Shown here: in pieces, positions 40,469 to 47,947 of the stretch
Layout of the letters: every line of letters starts with the position of its first letter
How positions within the stretch are numbered: position 1 is the stretch's first letter
NCBI GenBank assembly: GCA_964473365.1
Contig: CAYYOV010000009.1
Span: 7,630-71,629, forward strand
Origin: an uncultured Ignavibacteriaceae bacterium
Lineage (GTDB): Bacteria; Bacteroidota; Ignavibacteria; UBA10030
DNA: 64,000 bases
Direction of reading: 5' to 3'
Program-made: the position numbers and the translations under genes
The notes under the pieces: generated by a model
What the model saw: the letters and a program-made list of their open reading frames with translations, nothing else
Told to the model about the DNA's origin: nothing
Databases searched by the model: none

Positions 40469-41890
40469 TCACTTCACGAGCATCATGGTGCGCGACAGCA
40501 CGCCCGACGTCGTCGTCAGGGTGTATGTGTAGAGGCCGCTGGACAGGCCCGTGCCGTCGAAGAAACGATGGTGGATGCCGGCTTCAAGGTCGGCATCGAC
40601 CAGGGTTGCCACTCGCTGCCCCACGAGGTTGAAGACATCGAGCCGAACGGGACCCGTCGACCGAAGTGTGAATGCGATCATGGTCGTCGGATTGAACGGA
40701 TTGGGATAGTTCTGGTATAGTCCGAATTCCAGCGGCTGTCCGTTCGGAAGCTCAGCGGATGTCGCCGTAGTATACTTGAACTGGAAAACCTTCTGCGCGA
40801 CGGCATCAGAGACATACGCCGTCAGGCCGTCCTTCGTCAAGCCGACATCGGTCGGAGCGATCATCGGGGCCCCTTGCGGATCGGCGCTGAAGCCATCCTG
40901 ATTGTTGATCGACGGGAGGTCATACATCTCCGTTGCCAAGATACCGCTGACATCGAACGCCTTGACCCAGCGTTTTGTTGAGTCGATGCCGGCGACCCAG
41001 AGAAGATCGTTCTTGTCGACCGTGATACCGTAGCTGACGGCGCTCGAGAAGCTCAGCAGACCGGTCGCATCCGAAAGTCGTGTGCCGGTATATGTCGACA
41101 TCGCCAACTGCGCCCCGCCGGTCCAGACCGTGATTCCACCCGTCGAAGTCGTTGCCGCCGAATTTCGGGACGTATAGATCGGCGTGGCGTTGTTCGTATA
41201 GTCGCCGTTGGGTCGCAAGGCCACGTCCCGGATGACATCCACGCCACCAGTCTGCTGTCCACCCGGATCCAACGCTGATTCCGACGACCACGCACCCTTG
41301 ACGGGTGATGTGATCGTGTTCGTCAGATTGTACGAGCGAACGCGCGGCCCTGGAACTCCGGCCCCGGCGGACACCCCAGCGAAGGCAATCGTATCGCGCG
41401 TGAGCGTCACCCCGTGGTGATGCGTGCCATGGCCGGGGTTGGAGGGCGGAAAATAGAAGCCGTATTTTTGGACCACCGATGTGTCGCCGTTCGGATAATA
41501 GTACATCGAAGCGACCGTGTTGGGTTTCGTCCGTTGGTACGGGACGGACGCATCGATGACGATGTCATTCCCGATCGAACCGATGCCGCGAAGCTGTCCG
41601 ATGTTGCCCGTCAGCGTGTCCGCATCGCCGTTGAGGGTGAAGTCGACGAGCTTTTTCATCTCAGTGTCCGTCGAGTCGGCATACCAGATGGCGTTCCGTG
41701 CGTTCGCATTGGTCGCCGTCGTCGAGATCATGTAGACGCGTCCGTTCGAGGTCACGGTCAACAGATACGGCTGGACATAGTTCGTGTCCGACACCGGGAA
41801 TGGGATGGCCTTGATGAAACGCCACTGCGGCTGGGACACCGCTGTCACGATCGAGAGCAACGTCAGCGTGATCGTCGCAAAGATCTTCAT
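40469..41890 (-). CDS. T9SS type-A sorting domain protein, unknown function (possible beta-propeller)
   Basis: GGAG RBS, signal peptide MKIFATITLTLLSIVTAVSQ, an NHL-like end (PTDVGLTKDG..AYVSD), and CTD LYQNYPNPFNPTTMIAF…SGLYTYTL…MMLVK. Confidence 0.8.
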   Translation of the reverse strand: MKIFATITLTLLSIVTAVSQPQWRFIKAIPFPVSDTNYVQPYLLTVTSNGRVYMISTTATNANARNAIWYADSTDTEMKKLVDFTLNGDADTLTGNIGQLRGIGSIGNDIVIDASVPYQRTKPNTVASMYYYPNGDTSVVQKYGFYFPPSNPGHGTHHHGVTLTRDTIAFAGVSAGAGVPGPRVRSYNLTNTITSPVKGAWSSESALDPGGQQTGGVDVIRDVALRPNGDYTNNATPIYTSRNSAATTSTGGITVWTGGAQLAMSTYTGTRLSDATGLLSFSSAVSYGITVDKNDLLWVAGIDSTKRWVKAFDVSGILATEMYDLPSINNQDGFSADPQGAPMIAPTDVGLTKDGLTAYVSDAVAQKVFQFKYTTATSAELPNGQPLEFGLYQNYPNPFNPTTMIAFTLRSTGPVRLDVFNLVGQRVATLVDADLEAGIHHRFFDGTGLSSGLYTYTLTTTSGVLSRTMMLVK

Positions 41891-41984
41891 GGCTGTTCTC
41901 CTCTGAATGTCACCATCGCCGACGGATGGTGAGGTCCTGTGAAAAGATAGATCGATTTCGATGGTCCAATGCGACGCCTTATCG

Positions 41985-43982
41985 TTACCGCACGTAGAGT
42001 GCCCGCTGTACCCGGCGGCGCTCCAGTAGTGCACGTCCGGAGACCTCTGTGACGCGAAGTTCGAAGAAGTAGACGCCCGAAGCGAGCGCCCGTGGTTCCC
42101 ACGTCCTCCGATGCGACCCCGCATCCATCCGTCCTTCGACGAGTGTTTCCACCAAACGTCCCACGACGTCATAGACCGTCAGTCGGACATCAGCCGCATC
42201 GCTGAGATCGAACGCAATCGTTGTCATCGGATTGAACGGATTGGGGTACACGGGATGGAGGGTGAATGTTGTCGGTGGCGCGATCGCCATCTCCCTCACG
42301 GCCGTCGTACCTCCCGGAGACAATCGACGATTCCGAAGCAGCATCAATTCGTCGCCGACGACGTTCTTTCCTGCGCCGATGCCCGCGTTCGTGAGGGTCA
42401 CCACGACGCGCGGCCCCCCCGCTGGGAGCATGACGTCCCCCAGTTTCGTCCATCCGGCATTTTCAGCGGCAGCCTGGTCGATGGTCACGGTCCGGAGCGA
42501 GGATGACGTATCATGCAATCGGTACGTTGCTGTCGGCGTGAGCGCATTGAGCCCCGTTGGAATGTACGCATAGAGCTCATAGACGCCCTCCTCCGGAACA
42601 CTTGCCAGGTAGTGCATGGTGTCTGCCCCGGCTGCGTCGGCGTAGAAGACCGAGCCGTTCCAGCCGGAGACGAAATTGACCCCAACAAAACCGGTCCGGG
42701 TGGCGGATGAATCCTTCGCGAAGGTCGGGGCCGAACGCCAGCCCGCCTGTCGGTGAGGAGGTGTGACGTACGTTGGGTAGACCTGGTTGCGCAACGGCAC
42801 CATGTAGCCCGCATCTCGCAGATCGTTGTAGTACCACCACGCGTGGCCCTTCAATCCTGCATTGCGGCTGACCTGGACCAGATTGACGCCTTCGGTGAGC
42901 GAGAACAGGGTGCCGCTCGGTTTGATGGCGATGCCGGCATTCACCCTCTGCTGCGAGGCGCTGCTGAGGCCATAGAGCGCTGACGGGATGTATCCCTGCA
43001 GGACAGAGGAAGGCTGATACATCTGCACTTGCGCCGCGTCTAGTTTCCCCAGTTCTAACCAAGCCTTCCAATCCTGGAGGACATTGTCGTAGGCTGGATA
43101 CGACCCCAGACCGGAGGCGTAATGGCTGGGGGCGTTCGAGACGATCACGTTCGGGTTCACCGCTTTGATCGAGTCGTACACCGCAGCGTGGAACGTGACC
43201 AGTTGGTCCGCCCGCCAACGCTTCCAGGCCGCATTCGTGCCATCGATCGGAGGAGCGCTGCCGGTCGCGGCGGTGTACTTGACCACCGATGCGCTGTCGT
43301 AGCCGAAGTTCACATTGGGATAGCGGATCCGATCCAGCTCGATACCGTCCACATCATACCGACGGGCGATCTCTTCATGCAGTTCGAGCAGAAAGGACCG
43401 GGCATCGTCATTGTTGTGCGCCAGCCAGTAGAAGAAGATCCCGCCTTCTGGATTGCCGATCAAGTCGTTGCCTGAGGCGTCCCTCCCCAGCCACGACGGG
43501 CGACGGTCGAACAATGGGCCTTTCGGAAGACCCGGCAACGAGTAGCCCGACCACCATCCCGCGAAGCCGTATTCCATCCAGGCCTCGATCTCGAGCCCGT
43601 TGCGGTGCGCTTCGGCGATCGCCTCTTGCAGGATGTCCCTATCGCCCGCGGCCGGATCCGTGTAGTAGCCGGTCTCCCGGAAGAAGACATCGCTGCGGAA
43701 GAGCGGGAAGCCTCGGCTCCAGGCATTGAAGTACACGACGTTGAAGTTGGACGCCGCGATCGTGTCCATGGTCCGCGCGATCTCGGCCTTAGTCCAGAAG
43801 CTTCCTCCTGTCCTCGGCGTGACCCAGATCCCACGTAGTTCTTGCGCCGGGAGCGGGAGCGAAACAAGCAGAAGTGCGAGAATCGCGCTCAGACCGGCGC
43901 CTGCGCGCATAGCGCGTGGCATGCGAACGCGTGCACGCATTCGGTGCGTTCGGAGGCCAGTCGAGTGTGCGAGGTTCATCAT
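41985..43982 (-). CDS. Glycoside hydrolase-like family 10 (GHL10/DUF187) protein with golvesin/xanthan-lyase-CBD-like domain and T9SS CTD
   Basis: ELRGIWVT, FNVVYFNAW, EAHRNGLEIEAWMEYG, YDVDGIELDRIRYP, QDWKAW, QVQMY. Accessory domain GVYELYAY…GWTKLG…VVGD. CTD YPNPFNPMT. True start may be downstream (~43909). Confidence 0.85.
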   Translation of the reverse strand: MMNLAHSTGLRTHRMRARVRMPRAMRAGAGLSAILALLLVSLPLPAQELRGIWVTPRTGGSFWTKAEIARTMDTIAASNFNVVYFNAWSRGFPLFRSDVFFRETGYYTDPAAGDRDILQEAIAEAHRNGLEIEAWMEYGFAGWWSGYSLPGLPKGPLFDRRPSWLGRDASGNDLIGNPEGGIFFYWLAHNNDDARSFLLELHEEIARRYDVDGIELDRIRYPNVNFGYDSASVVKYTAATGSAPPIDGTNAAWKRWRADQLVTFHAAVYDSIKAVNPNVIVSNAPSHYASGLGSYPAYDNVLQDWKAWLELGKLDAAQVQMYQPSSVLQGYIPSALYGLSSASQQRVNAGIAIKPSGTLFSLTEGVNLVQVSRNAGLKGHAWWYYNDLRDAGYMVPLRNQVYPTYVTPPHRQAGWRSAPTFAKDSSATRTGFVGVNFVSGWNGSVFYADAAGADTMHYLASVPEEGVYELYAYIPTGLNALTPTATYRLHDTSSSLRTVTIDQAAAENAGWTKLGDVMLPAGGPRVVVTLTNAGIGAGKNVVGDELMLLRNRRLSPGGTTAVREMAIAPPTTFTLHPVYPNPFNPMTTIAFDLSDAADVRLTVYDVVGRLVETLVEGRMDAGSHRRTWEPRALASGVYFFELRVTEVSGRALLERRRVQRALYVR

Positions 43983-45202
43983 TCTTTCATCTCAGACACG
44001 CCGTTGGCGCGTGATGGCTTAAAGAGATCATACAGTACAAGTCCCACGGCACCCAAGACCACTCCGTCACTCTGGAGCTGTGCGGGCCGGACTGATACTG
44101 CTTTGGCCGGTTCCGTCAGCAGATCGCGACCGATCTTGCGTTGAACTGCCTGCGCCACGCGAGGATCTCTGGCGATCGAGCCGCCCAGGACGATCACTTC
44201 CGGATTGAGCATGTTCACTATGCCGATACACACGATCGCGATGATCGTCGTGGCTTCGTCGATGACACGCGCCGCCAACGCATCTCCGTCAGCAGCGGCA
44301 CGGTTGAGTGCGTCAACAGTGATGATCGAGCGATCGCCCCCGGTCCGATAATACGCACCCAGGACAGATGTGTCGCCGAGCAACTCGCCCAGGTCGCGTT
44401 GTCCATCGTAGAGCAGCGGAAAATGGTCAGGCCGCGTCACGGTGTGGCCGACCTCATTGTAGCCGATCTCTCCCGCACTCGATGTCGTGCCGTGAAGAAT
44501 CGTTCCATCGACGATGATGCCGGCCCCGATACCGTCACCGATCCAAAGGAAAACCTGATCGGGAACGTACTTGCCGGCGCCGAACAGATATTCGGCAAGG
44601 GTCATGACCTTGACATCGTTCTCGACGTAGACCGGGAGGCCGAGCCGCGAGCCGAACGCCGCCTTCAGATCTGTCCCTTTCCAACCCTTCAATGTGTCAG
44701 CGACGCGCAAGATCCCGCGGTCGCGGTCGATGATGCCCGGAAGTCCGATACCGATGCCGACGGCGTGCTCGAACAATTCGGGATAGAGTATGCGCCAGGA
44801 TTCCAGCTGCTCAATCGTCCGGCCGATGACAACCTCGGAAGGTTCGCCGGGAGCATAGTCAAAGGAAGCACGATGCAGGATGGTCGGATTCAGATCGCTT
44901 GCGATGAGGTGCACGGACCGCATTCGGATGTCGATCCCGAACACCGTTCCTGCGCGAGGATTGAATCGAAGGAGTTCGCGTTTGCGTCCTCCCCGGTGTG
45001 TGGAGGTCCCTTCCCCAACAAGCTCGAGGAAGCCGAACTCAAGAAAGCGTCCGACGATCTCCGTGACCGTGGTCTTTGAAAGGGAACAACGCTGGGAAAT
45101 CTCCGTGCGGGAGATAAGATCTGAATCCCGAACTAACCGCAGGACGCGGTATTCGTTCGGTTCGTCAAAAGCGTTTCTGCGCTCAGTGAGTGCGCGCCAC
45201 AT
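43979..45202 (-). CDS. ROK family transcriptional regulator (NagC/XylR-like)
   Basis: N-terminal HTH (ISRTEISQRCSLSKTTVTEIVGRFLEFG…GGRK), GIGLPGIID, PVYVENDV, GDGIGAGII, AGEIGY, NPEVIVLGG. Confidence 0.92.
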   Translation of the reverse strand: MWRALTERRNAFDEPNEYRVLRLVRDSDLISRTEISQRCSLSKTTVTEIVGRFLEFGFLELVGEGTSTHRGGRKRELLRFNPRAGTVFGIDIRMRSVHLIASDLNPTILHRASFDYAPGEPSEVVIGRTIEQLESWRILYPELFEHAVGIGIGLPGIIDRDRGILRVADTLKGWKGTDLKAAFGSRLGLPVYVENDVKVMTLAEYLFGAGKYVPDQVFLWIGDGIGAGIIVDGTILHGTTSSAGEIGYNEVGHTVTRPDHFPLLYDGQRDLGELLGDTSVLGAYYRTGGDRSIITVDALNRAAADGDALAARVIDEATTIIAIVCIGIVNMLNPEVIVLGGSIARDPRVAQAVQRKIGRDLLTEPAKAVSVRPAQLQSDGVVLGAVGLVLYDLFKPSRANGVSEMKE

Positions 45203-45223
45203 TGGAGGGCCGCTGTTGGGGAA

Positions 45224-45248
45224 TTAGTTTGTCACCCTGACGAACAAA
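45224..45248. promoter_or_regulatory. Putative ROK-repressor operator (25-bp imperfect palindrome)
   Basis: TTAGTTTGTCA-CCC-TGACGAACAAA, with 9/11 arm symmetry. It resembles Firmicutes XylR operators (TTAGTTTGTT…AACAAACTAA) and overlaps the predicted transcription start. Confidence 0.65.
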
Positions 45249-45251
45249 CCA

Positions 45252-45280
45252 AATATGCCATCCTGAAGCCGTTCTGTCAA
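45252..45280 (-). promoter_or_regulatory. Sigma70-type promoter for the ROK regulator operon
   Basis: Minus strand TTGACA-17 nt-CATATT, with an extended -10 TG. Confidence 0.7.
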
Positions 45281-45392
45281 GTTAATTCCAGGCCGCTCTG
45301 ATCTCACAAATGGGAATCGTAGTGAGACGACTCGATTCGCTTCCCTCCTCCTGACTTGCGCTCACGACTTTGCAAGCGCTCCACCAGGAACT

Positions 45393-45536
45393 CAATCACT
45401 CCAATACCCCACTACTCCACTGCTCCACTACCCCACTACTCCACTACTCCACTACCCCACTACTCCATTACTCCACTACCCATTACCCCATCACTCCACT
45501 ACCCCATTACTCCATTCCTCCACTCCCCCCATTACT
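45393..45536. repeat. Degenerate 8-bp tandem repeat array (~17 units, consensus CCACTAC[T/C])
   Basis: ccaatacc ccactact ccactgct ccactacc ccactact ccactact ccactacc ccactact ccattact ccactacc … It begins at the stop codon of the upstream minus-strand gene. Confidence 0.9.
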
Positions 45537-47754
45537 CATCCACCACAACCATGATCGTGTTCGCCACGGGCCTCTCTCCGGTCCGGTCAGACGGGCTATT
45601 GACGATCTCTCCTCCTACCAACATCGTCGTAGAACCCCCACCGTCGAGATTCACGGCGTTCCAGACACCGATCGACCGAAGAAACCGGCTCATCTCCCGA
45701 AAGTTCATTCCGATGCTCGTTGATTGTCGTCCGTCGACCGTACCGAGGAACAATATGGTCGAATCTCTGTTGATGCCAACGAACGACCGCGGGTGCCGGT
45801 CCGTCGTGAATTGGATCCCGATCCCCTCTCTCCGGTGTTCTTCGGTCGTCACCGTTCTTCCATCCCGCACGATCCGTCCGCCGGCACCGACGACCTCCCG
45901 CAATGTGCCTGGACCCGACCAAAGGGGGAACGACACCGATACCGTGTCACCTTTCTGGACATGCACAGCTGGAGCAGCCATCGATGACAAGATCCAGTCG
46001 GTCCCAGCGATCTTCTGGTCGCCAGTGACTTCAACAGACCTGATGACGAACCGGGCACGTCCGTTTGCTATCGGCGTCTCCATGGGGCGCAACACCGCCT
46101 CCCACGTTCCCGCTTTCGAACGCGTACTGCTCCCCCACCGTGCGTTGTAGAGGACCGACGCTGAAGAGTCCAGAACATCATTCACCGCGTGCACCGAAAG
46201 CCCATCTCCTCGAGACGTAGATACGGCACCCGAAAAGCTCATCGGATCCATGATCGGTCGTCCATCCGAGGTCATGCCGAAATGGCTTCGTCGGGATGGC
46301 ACAGCCAGCACGATCTCTCCTCGCGACGCCTGGCTACCGACAGGCCAATGCGTCTTGAATGAGAAGAAGTCGGCATTGACGGCGGCAACCACACGACCTC
46401 CGGCTGCACCTCGCCGCCTTACCTGCTCTGTGGTTGTCCGAAGGCTATCGGCACGGAAGGTCTCCACGCGCACTCCGGCCCGCCGCAGTTCGACCTCCAC
46501 AACGTCCAGCGAGTATGGTCCCTGGCGTGTGAACGAACGATACCGCACCCCCGGACGCAACACCTTCGACTCCTCGAGGTCACGCCACCCGAGTGGGAAC
46601 GTCGCCTTTTGCTGATATACCTCGCGTCTCAGGACATCGAACAGGCCGCCATCCCGAAGGTCGTTGTAATACCAGAACGAATGCCCCGATGGAGTAAACT
46701 GCCTCGCGATCCTGACCAGTTCGACGACCTCTTTCGCCTCCGTCGCCTCGCCCCCGGGTTTGACTGCGAGACCCGATGTTGTGCGGACGCGCAATGATTC
46801 GGGCAAGGGTGCGACTGCCGCTCGCACATATTTCCGAAAGTCCGCGGGCCGGCCATACATCTGGATCTGAACGAGATCGACCGATCCATCCTTCAGCCAC
46901 TGCCTCCAATCCTGAAGATATTCCTCATACGATCCGTACTCCTCCCCCGTCGTATAATGTCCGGGAGCGTTCGAGACCATAACCCGCGGATTGGCCTTCG
47001 TGATCCGCTGGTACGCCATGCGATGGAATTCAACAATGCGGTCAGCCCTCCACCGCATCCAGGCTGGCTCCGACGCGTTGCTCGGAGGCGCAGCCCCGCC
47101 GTGTGAAGCTGCGTAGATTGCGGTGGTTAGCGAATCGTATCCGCAGTCATGCTTCGGATACCTGACCCGATCCAATTCGATACCGTCAATATCATAGTCC
47201 GCGGCAACCTCGGCGTGAAGGTCGGCAAGGAAAGATTGCACAGCCGGCTGACTGTGTGCCATCCAGTAGAACACCCCGAGGTGGCCGCTCGGGAACTCTG
47301 CGCTCCCTTTCGAGTCGCGCGCCAGCCATTCAGGATGCTTCCTGAATATCGGTCCGAGCGGAAGCGAATCGATCTGATTGCCAGACCACCATCCGACGAA
47401 GCCGTACTCCATCCACGCTTCGACATGCAACCCGACGGCATGAGCCTCTTCGACGGCCTCAGCGAGGATGTCACGGTCGCCTGCAGCCGGATCGGACGCG
47501 AATCCGAATTCCCGACGATAGAGCCGGCTCTGCCAGAGCGGCCAACCGCGGGACCACGCCAGAAAGTAGACCGTATTGAAGTTCGCGGCGGCCGTTTGCT
47601 GCATTGCCGCACGGATCTCTTCGCGCGACCACAGGCGGGGTCCTTCACGCGGCGTCATCCAGAGGCCCCGGAGTTCTCGTTCCTGGGAAATCGATGCCCC
47701 TGCGAGGCTCAGGAGGAGCATGGCTACCAGCGCAGGGCGTTTGAGGGAGTTCAT
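45532..47754 (-). CDS. Fusion of GHL10 glycoside hydrolase-like domain and phosphodiester glycosidase (NAGPA/DUF2233) domain; signal peptide, no T9SS CTD
   Basis: N-terminal ELRGLWMTP…EAWMEYG…DGIELDRVRYP. C-terminal AAVNADFF…RHPRSFVG…VDGRQ…NLDGGGSTTM…ERPVAN. Start at MNSLKRP (47754). Confidence 0.85.
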   Translation of the reverse strand: MNSLKRPALVAMLLLSLAGASISQERELRGLWMTPREGPRLWSREEIRAAMQQTAAANFNTVYFLAWSRGWPLWQSRLYRREFGFASDPAAGDRDILAEAVEEAHAVGLHVEAWMEYGFVGWWSGNQIDSLPLGPIFRKHPEWLARDSKGSAEFPSGHLGVFYWMAHSQPAVQSFLADLHAEVAADYDIDGIELDRVRYPKHDCGYDSLTTAIYAASHGGAAPPSNASEPAWMRWRADRIVEFHRMAYQRITKANPRVMVSNAPGHYTTGEEYGSYEEYLQDWRQWLKDGSVDLVQIQMYGRPADFRKYVRAAVAPLPESLRVRTTSGLAVKPGGEATEAKEVVELVRIARQFTPSGHSFWYYNDLRDGGLFDVLRREVYQQKATFPLGWRDLEESKVLRPGVRYRSFTRQGPYSLDVVEVELRRAGVRVETFRADSLRTTTEQVRRRGAAGGRVVAAVNADFFSFKTHWPVGSQASRGEIVLAVPSRRSHFGMTSDGRPIMDPMSFSGAVSTSRGDGLSVHAVNDVLDSSASVLYNARWGSSTRSKAGTWEAVLRPMETPIANGRARFVIRSVEVTGDQKIAGTDWILSSMAAPAVHVQKGDTVSVSFPLWSGPGTLREVVGAGGRIVRDGRTVTTEEHRREGIGIQFTTDRHPRSFVGINRDSTILFLGTVDGRQSTSIGMNFREMSRFLRSIGVWNAVNLDGGGSTTMLVGGEIVNSPSDRTGERPVANTIMVVVDE

Positions 47755-47947
47755 GATGGGAAGGCCTTGATCGGTGGGTGATGATACGCACTTTTCCGCG
47801 ACCGTGAAAATGGTCCTGTGAAAATCATGAGGAGAACGTACATTGCGATCGCTTCTCTCTTGCCATCGACAGTCGCAGTTGGCGGAATGTCTCACCTCCC
47901 CATCTTCGAAGTCTGCCACTCAGTGCCTCATTACAGCCGAGATGACC

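Noticed and set aside
45393-45536. CRISPR array
   Set aside because: The units are 8 bp, contiguous, and have no unique spacers. No cas genes are in the window.
45356-46150. Plus-strand ORF with PHYSTT/PLLHYS peptide repeats
   Set aside because: It is merely the translation of the octamer DNA repeat running antisense into the GHL10-NAGPA gene. No RBS or coding signal.
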